Source of the DNA: an uncultured Planctomycetaceae bacterium
GTDB taxonomy: Bacteria > Planctomycetota > Planctomycetia > Planctomycetales > Planctomycetaceae
Assembly (NCBI GenBank): GCA_943787265.1
Contig: CALSLT010000044.1
Location: 1 to 64,000 of the forward strand
Length of the DNA stretch: 64,000 nt
Direction: 5' to 3'
Part shown: piece after piece, positions 1-12,991 of the stretch
Layout of the letters: every line of letters starts with the position of its first letter
Numbering within the stretch: position 1 is the first letter of the stretch
The notes under the pieces: generated by a model
Database searches by the model: none
The model's input: only the letters and a program-made list of their open reading frames with translations
What the model was told of the DNA's origin: nothing
Translations under genes and position numbers: made by a program

Positions 1-625
1 ACTTACGACCAGTTTCAGCAGAGGGCGCTTTCGCTGGTCTCTTCTCAGCGAACCCGGGGAAGCCCTCGATCTCAGCCGCGAATCCGACAAACTGAGAGAC
101 ACCTACGGTCGTCATCTATTCGGACAGTCGACTTTGATGGCACGACGTTTGATCGAAGCCGGTTCGCGATTTGTGACCGTTCATTACGACTGCGTGGATG
201 GCTACTCGTGGGATTCGCATCGCAACAGCGATGACGTGAAGAAAAACCTGCTGCCGACAATGGATGCGGCACTGTCAACGCTACTGACCGACCTCGATGA
301 TCGAGGATTGCTCGACGAGACACTCGTTGTGTGCATGGGTGAGATGGGACGAACGCCCAAAGCAAACGCAAGCTGGGGGCGCAATCATTGGAGCACGCTG
401 TTTCCCGCTGTGCTGGCCGGAGCGGGCATCCAGCGAGGCGGTCTGTTCGGCGAAACCGATCGTGATGCAGCTTACGCGGTGACGCCGCCGGTTAGCCCCG
501 AAGATTTGGCGGCGACGATTTACCACGCGCTCGGCATTGATCCGGAATTGCGGGTGCCCGATCCACAGGGCCGTCCGACACACGTCGTTGATGGTGGTAC
601 ACCGCTGACGGAACTCTTTGCTTAA
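1..625 (+). CDS. DUF1501 domain protein, C-terminal part (5' end outside window)
   Basis: Frame is open from position 2; the C-terminal motifs (LDETLVVCMGEMGRTP, GLFGETD) match the DUF1501 proteins at 6827 and 58505. Confidence 0.8.
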   Translation, partial: LTTSFSRGRFRWSLLSEPGEALDLSRESDKLRDTYGRHLFGQSTLMARRLIEAGSRFVTVHYDCVDGYSWDSHRNSDDVKKNLLPTMDAALSTLLTDLDDRGLLDETLVVCMGEMGRTPKANASWGRNHWSTLFPAVLAGAGIQRGGLFGETDRDAAYAVTPPVSPEDLAATIYHALGIDPELRVPDPQGRPTHVVDGGTPLTELFA

Positions 626-641
626 CTCGACGCCGCCCCCG

Positions 642-2045
642 TTATAGGCGATTGAGACCGTTCAAGGCTGCGACGCGATAAGCTTCGGCCATCGTTGGAT
701 AGTTGAACGTGGTCTGCGTGAAGTATTCCAGCGTGTTGTGCGGAGCGGGCATTGACATGATCGCCTGCCCGATGTGGATGATCTCGGAAGCGCTGGTGCC
801 GAAGCAGTGAATGCCCAGAATTTCCAGAGTATCCCTGTGGAATAACAGCTTCAGCATCCCAACCGGTTTGCCGACGATCTGTGCTCGCGCCAGGTTCTTG
901 AACATCGAATGGCCGACTTCGTACGGGATCCGGGCTTCCGTGAGTTCCTTCTCGGTCTTGCCCAGCGAGCTGATTTCCGGAGTCGTGTAGATGCCGGTCG
1001 GTATGTCGGCCATGCAGAAATCTTCGCAGTCACTGTCACCCAGGTGTCGAGCCGCGAATCTTCCCTGGATATACGCGGCACTGGCGAGTGCTGGCGGACC
1101 GATGACATCTCCGACAGCGTAGATGTTTGGTGTCGCTGTCTGAAAATTCGAATTGACGGGAATCTGGCCGCGATGGTCAGCTTCCAGGCCAACGTTTTCC
1201 AGCCTGAGTGTTTCGGTGTTGCCTGATCGTCCATTTGCCCAGAGCAACGCGTCTGACTTCAGTTGCTTGCCGGATTTCAGGTGGACGACCACGCAGTCGT
1301 CTCGTGGTTCTACCTTTTCGAACGACTCGCTATGGCGGAGCCGGATTCCCGTATCACGCATTCGATAGCTCAGAGCGTCGATGATTTCGTCATCGAGGAA
1401 CTCGAGAAGTTTGTCTCGCGTGTTGACGAGGTTCAGTTTCACATCGAGGTTGCGGAACATCGTTGCGTATTCACATCCGATGACGCCGGCGCCGTAGATC
1501 GTCATTGATCGTGGAGTGTCGTCAAGATCGAGAATCGTATCGCTGTCGAAGATTCGTGGGTGAGTGAAGTCGATACTGGCTGGCCGATAAGGCCGAGAAC
1601 CTGTTGCGATGACGAATGATTTTGCCGAGAGAATGTGCTGGCGTCCGCCCGAAAGATCGACAACGACGGATTCAGAGTCTCGGAATGTCGCATCCCCGTG
1701 AAAGACGTCGACATCGTTACGGTCGTAAAAGCTTCGTCGCATGCCGACTTGCTTTTCGATAACTGACGCCGCTCCCCGTCGTAGATCTTTGAATCCGAGT
1801 TGGATCGAGATTCCCGCCTCGCGGAAGTAGCGATTGGCGTTGACTTCTGTTAGTCGGGAAATCGCTGAGCGAAGCGACTTGCTTGGTATTGTGCCAACGT
1901 GTGTGCAGTTGCCACCGATCAGGGATTGCCTCTCGACGACGGCCACATGCTGGCCCTGCTTGGTGGCTTCCATGGCGGCGCCTTCGCCGCCCGGGCCTGT
2001 TCCGATCACGACGAGGTCGTACCGCGACTCTTCGATTTCTCCCAC
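642..2045 (-). CDS. sthA: Soluble pyridine nucleotide transhydrogenase (Si-specific NAD(P)+ transhydrogenase)
   Basis: 467 aa. N-terminal FAD-binding GxGxxG ([16 protein letters not shown]), redox-active [10 protein letters not shown], flavoprotein disulfide reductase C-terminal dimerisation domain. Length and motifs match SthA/UdhA. Confidence 0.85.
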   Translation of the reverse strand: MGEIEESRYDLVVIGTGPGGEGAAMEATKQGQHVAVVERQSLIGGNCTHVGTIPSKSLRSAISRLTEVNANRYFREAGISIQLGFKDLRRGAASVIEKQVGMRRSFYDRNDVDVFHGDATFRDSESVVVDLSGGRQHILSAKSFVIATGSRPYRPASIDFTHPRIFDSDTILDLDDTPRSMTIYGAGVIGCEYATMFRNLDVKLNLVNTRDKLLEFLDDEIIDALSYRMRDTGIRLRHSESFEKVEPRDDCVVVHLKSGKQLKSDALLWANGRSGNTETLRLENVGLEADHRGQIPVNSNFQTATPNIYAVGDVIGPPALASAAYIQGRFAARHLGDSDCEDFCMADIPTGIYTTPEISSLGKTEKELTEARIPYEVGHSMFKNLARAQIVGKPVGMLKLLFHRDTLEILGIHCFGTSASEIIHIGQAIMSMPAPHNTLEYFTQTTFNYPTMAEAYRVAALNGLNRL

Positions 2046-2143
2046 GTCCTTCGCTCCACTGAAAATCGTTGCAGACCGGCTGCTGCGCCGCGCGGCTGAT
2101 CTGCGACATCACTTATCTAGAAATCTCACTTGCTGACGCGTGG

Positions 2144-2356
2144 TCAGTTTCGTTGAGTGACGACCGAAAGGCCATCGTCCATGACGAGCTGTGATGCCTG
2201 GCCGCGATCTTCCAACTGTTTCATAACGGCTTGGGCCGCTTCCAGAGTCTGGCAACGCTTGACCAGACGGTAGCTGTGCCAGCCACTGAGGTGTGGTTCG
2301 ACTGTCGTTGTGCGTTCTACTTCGACCGCGTCTGGAGTTGCTACGTTCGTGACCAT
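2144..2356 (-). CDS. hypothetical small protein (70 aa) upstream of sthA
   Basis: ORF only; no recognisable domain. Positioned as an upstream leader ORF of sthA. Confidence 0.25.
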   Translation of the reverse strand: MVTNVATPDAVEVERTTTVEPHLSGWHSYRLVKRCQTLEAAQAVMKQLEDRGQASQLVMDDGLSVVTQRN

Positions 2357-2614
2357 TCCATCGGACCTTGGGAATTAAGTTTGGACGAGAGTCAGTTTGC
2401 GAGAAAGGAATTTCTACCGCCACCAACCGACCACTGGGTTCTTTCAGAAATGATCGGCATCAACGATTGTGTCGGTCCAGGATTCTCGTGAGTTTTGGCT
2501 AAAGTTGGACGGGAAACGCCCACAATGCGGGGAGCCGTGCGTTCGTCGGAATCCTGGACATCGGAATTTCCTCAGTGGCTACCAGGATGCGGCTGAAAGC
2601 GAAGCCGCTCGTGC

Positions 2615-2657
2615 AAAAAAGAAAGCCGCGACTTCCGAAGAAGACGCGGCTTTCTTA
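2615..2657. terminator. bidirectional intrinsic-terminator-like hairpin
   Basis: AAGAAAGCCGCG-14 nt-CGCGGCTTTCTT: a 12-bp GC-rich stem flanked by A and T runs. Confidence 0.5.
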
Positions 2658-3088
2658 TGTCAAATCTCTCGACGAATGCGACGGCAGAGTCGCTTGAAGA
2701 ATGGCGGAACGCGGTAGTGCCAGGCACTCACCGTTGGTCGTCCGAGCCAGTCGATTGGGTTTGGAACCTCCGTCGGATTTCAAGAAGAGAGATTTGATTT
2801 TCGCCATAAGTCAGTGCTGCATTCATCGGCACTCGACAGACTCGTTGATTGTCGAATTTCGAGCTGCATCTGATTATTGGGCACATCTTCGAATCAGGCT
2901 AGACGCCTTTCGAAAAATGGCCATTCGAGCGAGATTTCGCTCCTGCCTGGAACGTTTTTTATGGCGTTCGCGACGGAATTTGACTCATGCAGCGAGGGTG
3001 AACCGGGTCTCGTAAGCGACGGAGCCATTGAGGCACCGGCGGATTTTGCACAGAGTCTGAGATTAGCTCGATGGGATCCAGGGACCGT

Positions 3089-3592
3089 TTAGCGTCCAGC
3101 GATCAGCATTTTCGAGGGTGGCAGCGATGCAGTCTCAATCTGACCAGAAGCCTGCTCAACCGAAGTCTGTGGCTCGGTCTGGGAGTCCGCAAACTCTTTG
3201 CCACAATGCGGGCAACTGGCGATGTGTTGACGAATCTGGGCGGATTTCTCGTCGTCCAGCTCGCCGCTACGAAAGGCTGCTGCATATTGGGCGACTTCGG
3301 AACAACATACTTCGCCGAACTGGTACTCGCCTTCCGGGACGTTGGCTTGCCGAGGAGTAGTTGGGTCGGCAGAGGTGCCGGGCAGCGAGAACCAGATTCC
3401 CGCTCCGATCAGCAAAGATGCGGCGACGGCTGAAATTTTTATTGAAACAGCCAGTTTCTGCTGACGCGCCAAGCGGTCAACCATTCCCGAAATCTCTCCG
3501 CCTGGGCATTCAACCCATCCGGATTCGTCAGGACTGCTGCCTGTTGTTGGTTCGGTATTTTCAGTCATTGCCAGGGCCTCGTTGAGAGACAA
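3089..3592 (-). CDS. zf-HC2 (putative anti-sigma-type zinc finger) membrane protein
   Basis: One transmembrane helix (AVAASLLIGAGIWFSL) and an H-x3-C-x2-C motif (HIASCPHC) with an acidic stretch. No adjacent ECF sigma factor. Confidence 0.45.
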   Translation of the reverse strand: MSLNEALAMTENTEPTTGSSPDESGWVECPGGEISGMVDRLARQQKLAVSIKISAVAASLLIGAGIWFSLPGTSADPTTPRQANVPEGEYQFGEVCCSEVAQYAAAFRSGELDDEKSAQIRQHIASCPHCGKEFADSQTEPQTSVEQASGQIETASLPPSKMLIAGR

Positions 3593-3909
3593 GCGACGTC
3601 AATGTGCCTCGTCGGCTGTCTTTAGATTATCAGCGCTCCTGAGGCAATGGTTTGTGAGATGTCAGACAAACTTCGATTTTTACGTAAGCTCGGTCCCGCT
3701 GTCTTCGGAGAATTCAGTAAATGGCTAACTCACCCAATGATGGATCGTCAGCACTCCATTCGGTTAGACGTTAGCCCAATCTGTTGATTGCTGCAAAAGT
3801 CGTGTCACGACAGTGCATGATTCTGCACTCTGCACCGCGAACGAGAAAGCCCCGGTCGCAGAGGGCGGCCGGGGCTGGGAATCGTTTAAGCGAAACTGTT
3901 GGTTCAGAC

Positions 3910-5295
<1,386 letters not shown>

Positions 5296-5399
5296 GGCGG
5301 AAACCCTTGTTGGGAAATCAGAAGTAGTAGGGTGGGCACTGCCCACCGTGTCAAAGAATCGGGTGGGCTGTGCCCACCCTAAGTCACTCTGCGTCTCAA

Positions 5400-5843
5400 C
5401 TATTTCTTTTTGTATTTGAATTCGGTGTGGCAGGCTTTGCATGAAGCGGTGATGCCTGTGATGGATTCTCGAACTCCGGCGGCATCTTTCTTGGCTGCTG
5501 CCTGCAATCCAGAAGCGGTCGCCTTGCGGAGAATTTCGCAGGCGTCAGCCCAGGTCTTGTCCGGGCAACGATCGTCTTCCATCATCGTGTAGCTTGACTC
5601 GTTGAGCAGAGCAATGCTGGTCGTCAGGGACTTCCAGCCGTCTTCGCCTTCCGGAGTCTTCTCGCCGCCGACGTGCCCCTGAACAGCGACCAGTTGAGGC
5701 TTCACCAGCCCAGACATCAGTTGAGCAGTCGTCATCGGTCGAGACTTGCCCTTCTTCTGAGCCGTCACCTGTGATGATGACAGGGTAAAAGCAAGACCTG
5801 AGAGGGCGATGATTCCAGTAGCGAAGGCAATTGACTTTTTCAC
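5400..5843 (-). CDS. cytochrome c' (class II c-type cytochrome), secreted
   Basis: C-terminal heme motif CKACH followed by TEFKYKKK, typical of four-helix-bundle cytochrome c'. GTG start at 5843 is preceded by AGGAG; signal peptide VKKSIAFATGIIALSGLAFT. ORF track start is further upstream at 6035. Confidence 0.65.
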   Translation of the reverse strand: MKKSIAFATGIIALSGLAFTLSSSQVTAQKKGKSRPMTTAQLMSGLVKPQLVAVQGHVGGEKTPEGEDGWKSLTTSIALLNESSYTMMEDDRCPDKTWADACEILRKATASGLQAAAKKDAAGVRESITGITASCKACHTEFKYKKK

Positions 5844-6055
5844 GGGAAGGCTCCTGATTGCAGTGAGAGTTTGGTTGGGTGGGACAACAGATTTAGAGTC
5901 ACGCATTGTGGTGAATTGATTTCCGTACGGAAACCGCACGGGCAGAATTCGATCATCGCCAGCCGCTGGTTCATTGTTGAGCAAAGAGCGTTCTTTCAGG
6001 ATGCTACTCTCAGTGGAGTGCCGTTTACCGCTCACTTGGAGTTGAAACTCGAAAT

Positions 6056-6742
6056 ATGACTGACGTGACTACTGGACTTCCAATCGTAATTGGATCCCGT
6101 TCGCCTCGACGATTGGAACTGTTGCAGTTGATTGCTGATCCCAGTCGACTGGTTGTTCTGCCCCCACGCGACGCCGACGAACCAGGCTTCGACGGCCTGG
6201 TCGAGATGGCGGAGTTCGAAGCCCGCTGCCACGAGATTGTCGAACTGAAACGCCAGGACGTGATCAGGCAACTCGCCGAGGGAACACGGCCAACTGCGAC
6301 GGAGCAAGGCTGCGTCGTCGTTTGCGCGGACACGACGGTCATCGTCAAAGATCAGTCAGGAAAGTTGCTGGCACTCGGTCAGCCGAACGAACAAAGCGAC
6401 TGGCAAACCGAGGTCCGTGGCTGGTTCCGTGATTACCTGGCCGGTCAAACTCACTTCGTCCTGTCAGCCGTGTCTGTTTCGTTGTGCAGCGAAACAGGGA
6501 ATGTGGGCAGAACGTTGAAACAGTCGTGTGTGACCAGCGTCACGATGCGTGACGACATCGACGAGTGGCTGGACTGGTACATCGCCACTGGCGAGCCACT
6601 CGGCAAAGCCGGTGGATACGCCATCCAGGGAGCCGGCAGCGTCATGGTGACCAAAGTCGAAGGCAGCTACAGCAACGTCGTCGGGCTACCGATCGAAAAT
6701 ACCGTTGAAATGTTGAGGCAGATTGGTGCGTTACCGTCATGA
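6056..6742 (+). CDS. maf: Maf-like nucleoside triphosphate pyrophosphatase (septum formation protein Maf)
   Basis: N-terminal IGSRSPRRLELL and C-terminal GKAGGYAIQG...VVGLP motifs of the Maf/Ham1 family. Confidence 0.85.
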   Translation: MTDVTTGLPIVIGSRSPRRLELLQLIADPSRLVVLPPRDADEPGFDGLVEMAEFEARCHEIVELKRQDVIRQLAEGTRPTATEQGCVVVCADTTVIVKDQSGKLLALGQPNEQSDWQTEVRGWFRDYLAGQTHFVLSAVSVSLCSETGNVGRTLKQSCVTSVTMRDDIDEWLDWYIATGEPLGKAGGYAIQGAGSVMVTKVEGSYSNVVGLPIENTVEMLRQIGALPS

Positions 6743-6826
6743 ATGAGTTTGACGGTCGAGCATCCTTCTGAGTGTCTGTGCCTGAATTCTTCTGATGATG
6801 GCGAAATCGCTTTGCGGGGACGTTGC

Positions 6827-8317
6827 TTAGGCGAGAATGTCGTGCACGACGTTTCCGTGGACATCGGTCAGGCGGAAGTCGCGGCCTTGATGACGGTAGG
6901 TCATTCGTTCGTGGTCGACTCCCAACTGATTCAGAATTGTTGCGTTGAGATCGTGGATGTGGACCGGGTTCTCGGCGATGTTGTAGCTGAAGTCGTCGGT
7001 CTCGCCGTAGACCGTGCCACCTTTGATGCCCGCTCCGGCCATCCACTTTGTGTAGCAGCGCGGATGGTGATCGCGGCCGTAGTTTGATTTGGTCAGGCCG
7101 CCCTGACAGTAGATTGTGCGGCCGAACTCTCCGCCCCAGACGACCAGCGTATCTTCCAGCAAGCCTCGCTGTTTCAGATCCTGGACAAGGGCATAGCACG
7201 GTTGATCGATGATTCCACATTGCCGACGGATGTCGCGCGGCAGGTTGCCGTGCTGATCCCACTGGCGAATGAACACCTGCGAGAATCTGACTCCGCGTTC
7301 AGCCAGTCGGCGGGCGAGAAGACAGTTCGCCGCAAACGTGCCGGGCTTCGTGACGTCCGGTCCGTACATGTCGAGAGTTTCTTTTGTCTCGCCGGAGATG
7401 TCGGTCAATTCTGGAACTGACGTCTGCATCCGGTACGCCATTTCGTATTGGGCGATGCGAGACTGGATTTCCGGATCGCCGACTTCGTTGAAGCGTTCGC
7501 TGTTCAGCTTGCTCAGCTCGTCCAGCATCCGTCGGCGCATGGCCGTCGACATGCCGTCGGGATTCGACAGGTAGAGCACAGGGTCGCCTGTCGATCTCAG
7601 ACTGACCCCTTGATGTCGTGTTGAAAGGAAGCCCGCTCCCCACAATCGCGAGTACAACGCCTGGCCGCCGAAGTTTCCGTTGACTGTCGAGTGAAGGACG
7701 ACGAATGCTGGAAGATTCTGATTCATGCTCCCCAGACCGTACGACATCCACGCACCAGTACTAGGTCGGCCGGGCAGTTGACTACCGGTCTGGATGTAGG
7801 TGATGGCTGGGTCGTGATTGATCGCTTCCGTATGAACGGTCTTGATGACGGCCAGATCGTCGACCATCTTTGCGGTGTACGGCAGGATTTCGCTGACTCG
7901 TGTGCCGTTGTCGCCGTGCTGGCCGAACTTGAACATCGACGGAGCAATTGGAAAACGCTTCTGGCCCGAAGTCATCGTGGTGATGCGCTGACCGTTGCGG
8001 ACGGAATCCGGCAGGTCTTTGTCGAACCAGTCCTGCATCTTTGGCTTGTAATCCCACATGTCGAGCTGCGATGGCGCGCCGGACATGAAGAGGTAGATCA
8101 CTCGCTTCGCTTTGGGAGCGAAGTGGGGAATGCCAGGGATTCCGTTGCCCTTTGTCGCCGTGGCTGATGACTTGGCGGCAAAAACGTCCGGATTCACGAT
8201 CGACGCCAGAGCCGCCGCACCAATGCCGGTCGCCGAACGTCCAAAGAAATGACGACGCGTTTCAACGAGTGCCGCTTCACGAAGTGGATTCATTGCATTT
8301 TGCCTTGAAGTAATCAA
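6827..8317 (-). CDS. DUF1501 domain protein (sulfatase-like fold), TAT signal
   Basis: [21 protein letters not shown] motif. Conserved DUF1501 blocks ([23 protein letters not shown]), paralogous to 58505-59953. Confidence 0.85.
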   Translation of the reverse strand: MITSRQNAMNPLREAALVETRRHFFGRSATGIGAAALASIVNPDVFAAKSSATATKGNGIPGIPHFAPKAKRVIYLFMSGAPSQLDMWDYKPKMQDWFDKDLPDSVRNGQRITTMTSGQKRFPIAPSMFKFGQHGDNGTRVSEILPYTAKMVDDLAVIKTVHTEAINHDPAITYIQTGSQLPGRPSTGAWMSYGLGSMNQNLPAFVVLHSTVNGNFGGQALYSRLWGAGFLSTRHQGVSLRSTGDPVLYLSNPDGMSTAMRRRMLDELSKLNSERFNEVGDPEIQSRIAQYEMAYRMQTSVPELTDISGETKETLDMYGPDVTKPGTFAANCLLARRLAERGVRFSQVFIRQWDQHGNLPRDIRRQCGIIDQPCYALVQDLKQRGLLEDTLVVWGGEFGRTIYCQGGLTKSNYGRDHHPRCYTKWMAGAGIKGGTVYGETDDFSYNIAENPVHIHDLNATILNQLGVDHERMTYRHQGRDFRLTDVHGNVVHDILA

Positions 8318-8344
8318 TGCGTGGGTGCTCGGTGAATTTTGGGA

Positions 8345-11300
8345 TCAACCTTTGGTAACTGACTCGCTCAGGTTAAGCAGGAGATGAGTCACCATCGTCC
8401 AGGCAGCCAGGTCGTTTGCGTCGAGCTGTTCGTTACGCGGAGACTCGCCCGCTGATAACAGCTTTGTCGCGGCATCCGGACTCTTTCGAAATTCGCTGAG
8501 ATACTCGGTCAGCAGAGTGGTCAAAGACTGCATCTCAGCGGCGTTCGGTTTTCTCGCCATGACGGAACGAAACGCGAATGTGACTCGCTCTTCGACGCTG
8601 GTGCCGCCTTCGCTGACCACTCGTTCCGCAAATTTTCGAGCGGCTTCGACGTACTGCACGTCGTTCATCAGGACAAGTGCCTGCAACGGCGTGTTGGTCC
8701 GTGCTCGTCGAACTGCGCAGGTTTCGCGATTCGGCGCGTCAAACGTTGCCATCGATGGTGGCGGGACCGTGCGTTTCCAGAACGTGTACATGCTGCGGCG
8801 AAAGAGCTTGTCGCCTTTATCCTGCACAAAGACGGACGTATTGCTTCCCCCGAAACCGACGGGCTTCCACAAGCCGGCTGGTTGATACGGCTTGACGCTC
8901 TTGCCGCCGATTTGGTCGATCAGCAATCCGCTAACAGCCAGAGCCTGATCTCGGATGGTCTCAGCGTCGAGCCGAAATCTTGGACCGCGGGCGAGCAATC
9001 GATTCTCCGGATCAGCGGCCAGCTTGTTGGGACTCACGCGGGAAGACTGCTGGTAGGTCGCGGACATTATGATCTGTTTCAGGCACCGTTTCACGTCCCA
9101 GCCTGATTCGACAAAGTCGATGGCGAGCCAGTCAAGCAGTTCAGGATGCGACGGCTGTTCGCCCTGCACGCCGAAGTCCTCCGCCGTTTTTACGAGCCCC
9201 GTGCCGAAGAACTGCTGCCAGAATCGGTTAACCGTTACTCGCGAGGTGAGTGGATGACTTGGCTGAACCAGCCACTGTGCGAGTCCCAATCGATTTGCTG
9301 GAGCATCCTTAACTGGCGGAGCAATCCACTCAGGAATCGCCGACGAAACTTTGTCACGTTTCTCGGTGTACTGTCCTCGTTCGAGGATGAAGGCCTGGCG
9401 TGGTTCCTTACGATCTTCCATGACGAGCGTTGCCGGAATTGCTTTCTCCAGATCGGCCAATTGCTTCTTCAGCGTCGCCTGAGACTTCAACGGTTCAGCC
9501 AACATCGCTCGCGAATCCGGATGCACATTCTGGACGTAGTGACGAGTTAACTGCTTTGTCTGGGCCTCGGTTCGTTTTGCTTTCTCGATGTCTAGCAGTT
9601 TTTGAATCGCGGCTGGGAGTGCAGGTTGCTTAACTTTCTTCCGGAATTGCTCCCACGCAAACAGCGAACGCTTTTGATGATCGGACAACGATCTTGAGGT
9701 GACGCCGGCTGTGTCCCAGTGAACGGTCCCTCCGACTTGTGTGAACGCCCAGCCGTTCAGCTCGGAACCAGCCTTCAGACCAACGACGGCTGCGTCCACT
9801 TCAAGGCGAACCCAATTTCCAAGTTCTGGCAGTTTGCCGATCAGCTTGTTGGACGTATTGTTTCTCCCGGCTCCGAAAGCCTTATCGGCTCCCCACGAGG
9901 CTCGATGTTCCCAGGAACCATCGTTGAACTGAAGCTGGATTGTTTGCGGAGGATTCTTCGGATCAAGGAATACCCATGCCACGAGTTTCGCATTTTCGCC
10001 GAGTTTCAATTTGGGATTTGCCCCGGTAAAGAAGTGCTGCGTAATCCCGTCACCCTCGCCGGTGCGAACTGTCGACTTCTTGCCGCTATGCACCGGGTGA
10101 TCGGGGGCTCCCACAAACAGCCACGGCGGATTGCCGTTGCCTTGAGCGTTGGCGCTCGCCGGAAGTTCATCATCAATCCAGACCAGCGTTTCTTCACTCA
10201 ACTCACCGAGTGGTTCCGTTGGTTTCGGATCGGTGTATTTGAAGTCAGCGAGAATCTTTTCAATTTGTTTGTTCGTCGCGGCGAGGTCCGTCGTGTACTG
10301 CTTCTTTTGCGCAATCTGCTCATTGGACGGAACCTGCACACTTGGCGGAGGCAACAAAGCGTTGCCGTCCATCGCCCGTTCGGTGAGGCTGAAGTAGTAC
10401 GAAAAGAGCTGGTAAAACTCTTTCTGCGTTAGCGGGTCGAACTTGTGATCATGGCAGGCCGCGCAGCCAGCGGTCAGTCCCAGCCAGACGGTCGCGGTTG
10501 TCTCAACCCGATCGACGGCGTACCGCATGTAATACTCGTCGTCGATCGAACCGCCTTCGCTCGTCGTGACGTTGCAGCGGTTGAATCCGGTGGCAACTCG
10601 TTGCTGCAGAGTGGGCTCGGGCAGAAGGTCGCCAGCTAGCTGCTCGATCGTGAATTCGTCAAACGACTGGTTGCGATTGAATGATTCAATCACCCAGTTG
10701 CGGTACAGCCAGATGGATCGTTCATTGTCCAGATGCAGGCCGTGCGTATCGCCATACCTGGCCGCGTCGAGCCAGTATCTCGCCATGTGTTCGCCATACT
10801 TATCGGATGCGAGCAGCCGATCGACAACGCGTTCGAATGCCTGCTCAGATTTGTCGGCCAGAAAATCATCGATCTCTTTAATCGTTGCCGGTAGTCCCGT
10901 CAGGTCGAGCGTCGCTCGACGGATTAGCGTTTCCTTTGACGCTCGATCTTCTGGCGTCAGTTTCGCGGCGGCAATCCGAGTATTCACGAAATGGTCGATC
11001 CGACTATTCGCCTGCCACTTTTTGACCGATTCCGGCGTCGACGGTTTTGTCGGAGGTTGAAACGCCCAGTGGCCGGACCATTCCGCACCACTATCAATCC
11101 ATTTTCTGATCAACTCGATTTGCTTCGTCGTCAATTTCTTACCGGAATCCGGCGGCGGCATTTTGAGATCGGAATCGGTCGTGGCAATCCGTTTGAAGAG
11201 TTCGCTCTGGCTACTCTTTCCTGCCACGACCGCAGTCTGACCGGAATCAAGTTTAGCGATCGCCGTCTCATGCCGGTCCAATCTCAAGTCGGACTCACGG

Positions 11301-11473
11301 TTGGCCTCGTCAGGGCCGTGGCACTTGAAGCAGTTGTCAGACAGAAGCGGCAGAATGTCGCGACTGAAATTGATGTCGTCATCCGCGGCTGAAACGCTGC
11401 AGGTTGCAGCGAAAACAAGCAGAAACGTGGAGAGCGTTTTTTGATTCGTCATGCGAAGGTCAAATACCAGCAA
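8345..11473 (-). CDS. PSD1-type protein (DUF1549 / DUF1553, PSCyt1 N-terminal cytochrome-like domain)
   Basis: 1042 aa. N-terminal signal and [19 protein letters not shown] motif (planctomycete cytochrome C), central DUF1549, C-terminal DUF1553 blocks, paralogous to 54903-58442. Paired with the DUF1501 gene immediately downstream. Confidence 0.85.
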   Translation of the reverse strand: MLVFDLRMTNQKTLSTFLLVFAATCSVSAADDDINFSRDILPLLSDNCFKCHGPDEANRESDLRLDRHETAIAKLDSGQTAVVAGKSSQSELFKRIATTDSDLKMPPPDSGKKLTTKQIELIRKWIDSGAEWSGHWAFQPPTKPSTPESVKKWQANSRIDHFVNTRIAAAKLTPEDRASKETLIRRATLDLTGLPATIKEIDDFLADKSEQAFERVVDRLLASDKYGEHMARYWLDAARYGDTHGLHLDNERSIWLYRNWVIESFNRNQSFDEFTIEQLAGDLLPEPTLQQRVATGFNRCNVTTSEGGSIDDEYYMRYAVDRVETTATVWLGLTAGCAACHDHKFDPLTQKEFYQLFSYYFSLTERAMDGNALLPPPSVQVPSNEQIAQKKQYTTDLAATNKQIEKILADFKYTDPKPTEPLGELSEETLVWIDDELPASANAQGNGNPPWLFVGAPDHPVHSGKKSTVRTGEGDGITQHFFTGANPKLKLGENAKLVAWVFLDPKNPPQTIQLQFNDGSWEHRASWGADKAFGAGRNNTSNKLIGKLPELGNWVRLEVDAAVVGLKAGSELNGWAFTQVGGTVHWDTAGVTSRSLSDHQKRSLFAWEQFRKKVKQPALPAAIQKLLDIEKAKRTEAQTKQLTRHYVQNVHPDSRAMLAEPLKSQATLKKQLADLEKAIPATLVMEDRKEPRQAFILERGQYTEKRDKVSSAIPEWIAPPVKDAPANRLGLAQWLVQPSHPLTSRVTVNRFWQQFFGTGLVKTAEDFGVQGEQPSHPELLDWLAIDFVESGWDVKRCLKQIIMSATYQQSSRVSPNKLAADPENRLLARGPRFRLDAETIRDQALAVSGLLIDQIGGKSVKPYQPAGLWKPVGFGGSNTSVFVQDKGDKLFRRSMYTFWKRTVPPPSMATFDAPNRETCAVRRARTNTPLQALVLMNDVQYVEAARKFAERVVSEGGTSVEERVTFAFRSVMARKPNAAEMQSLTTLLTEYLSEFRKSPDAATKLLSAGESPRNEQLDANDLAAWTMVTHLLLNLSESVTKG

Positions 11474-11578
11474 ACTAAAGTGAGCCGAACGCGTTTGCGT
11501 CAGGCCGGATATAGAAGCAGGCCGAGGCCCAGGACTTTCACCCGCGGCTCTCGGCCTTCTTCAGATTTCAAGTTGAAA

Positions 11579-12919
11579 CTAAACCGCGGAAAAGATCGAA
11601 TTCTGAACTACGCCGGTGCTGTCTGCGAATGAGTCTCGTTCGATCTTCATTGACCGCAGAATGCTGAGGTAAACATTCGACATCAGCGTCTCACCGTCTC
11701 GCCAGTACGAGCCATGCTTCAATCCCATGTTTGAACCACCGGCGAGTAGCGTTGGGAGATTTCTTGGATTGTGAGTCGTGCTGGCACCGCTGCCGAACAG
11801 GACGATGCTGTTATCCAGCAGGCTGCCATCACGATCTTTGTAAGACTGCAGCTTCTGGAAGAAGTACGCCAGTTGCTCACTGAGGAATCGGTCGTACTTC
11901 GCGAAGTCCAACTGTCCGTCTTTGTCACCAGCGTGCGACAGGCTGTGGTGAGTCCGGCTGAGGCCGAGCTTTAGCGGGAACGTATCGCTGATGCCCATGC
12001 CGTCTTCGCGGTTCAGCATGAAGGCGACTGAGCGAGTGATGTCAGCATCAAACGCCAGCGCGATCAGGTCGAACATGTTGCGGTAGTACTCAGCCGGTTC
12101 GCCTTCTGGCGTAACGTCCAGATTGAGGTGCGAGTAGTCCTGCTCCTTGACCGGAATGTCGATCCACTTTTCAGACGCGATCAGACGAGACTCGACTTCG
12201 TTCAGCGAGGTCAGGTATTGGTCCATTTTCTGCTTGTCAGACTTGCCAAGCTTTCGATTGAATGTCTTTGCATTTTCCAGCACGGCGTCAACCAGTTTGA
12301 GTCGTTTCTTCAGGCTGTCGCGTTTTGATTCCAGCGAGGCTCGGTCACCACGGAACAGTCGATCGAAAACTCGCCGAGGGTTGTTCTCAGCGGGGATCGG
12401 TTTGCCTTCCAGGCTGTATGAGATCGTACCGGTTCTTGACAGGAAACCCGTTCCGGCGTCGATCGACAGTACCAGCGATGGTTGTCGGCAATGCTGTTTG
12501 GTGTGCAACGCAACGATCTGGTCGAGTCCGACCGAGTTGTATTTCCCCGGCTTTGAATTGTGCAGCGGAGCACCGGTCAACCACATATCCGAGCAGACGT
12601 GCGGATCAGCCTTCGGGCCGCTTGAGTGGTAGAGGCCGCCCATAAAGCTGAGGTGATCACGAAAACCGGCCAACGGTTCGGTCGACTTACCAAAAACAAA
12701 TTTGCCGTCTTCTTCGGCTGTCGGAAACCAGTGCCACTCCGGAATCGCGTTCTTCTGATTCGGCAACGACATGCCGTTGGCCGTGTACATCGCACAGAAC
12801 CGGCGAGGAGTTTGCTCGGCGACTTCAGATCCCATCGCGTCGAGAACTGGCAGAGCCAGTGAGGCTCCAGCGAGCCCTTTAAGAACGGCACGGCGATCAA
12901 GTTGAGTGGAGTTGGCCAT
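11579..12919 (-). CDS. DUF1552 domain protein, TAT signal
   Basis: Start taken at the internal Met (cat at 12917-12919) giving [24 protein letters not shown]. The ORF track extends to 12970. Classic partner of the DUF1592-family gene immediately upstream. Confidence 0.8.
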   Translation of the reverse strand: MANSTQLDRRAVLKGLAGASLALPVLDAMGSEVAEQTPRRFCAMYTANGMSLPNQKNAIPEWHWFPTAEEDGKFVFGKSTEPLAGFRDHLSFMGGLYHSSGPKADPHVCSDMWLTGAPLHNSKPGKYNSVGLDQIVALHTKQHCRQPSLVLSIDAGTGFLSRTGTISYSLEGKPIPAENNPRRVFDRLFRGDRASLESKRDSLKKRLKLVDAVLENAKTFNRKLGKSDKQKMDQYLTSLNEVESRLIASEKWIDIPVKEQDYSHLNLDVTPEGEPAEYYRNMFDLIALAFDADITRSVAFMLNREDGMGISDTFPLKLGLSRTHHSLSHAGDKDGQLDFAKYDRFLSEQLAYFFQKLQSYKDRDGSLLDNSIVLFGSGASTTHNPRNLPTLLAGGSNMGLKHGSYWRDGETLMSNVYLSILRSMKIERDSFADSTGVVQNSIFSAV

Positions 12920-12991
12920 GAGGAATTCCGGGTGGGTAAGGTGGAACTCGTGAGGGAGGGTATGACTCAATCATCGGCAGCGGGTGGCAGG

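Noticed and set aside
9719-10432. 237-aa plus-strand ORF, plus many other 60-290-aa ORFs antisense to long genes (e.g. 4312-5178, 26439-27020, 29326-30114, 32622-33203, 39437-39943, 55527-56153)
   Set aside because: Antisense or overlapping shadows of confidently assigned genes in a high-GC sequence.
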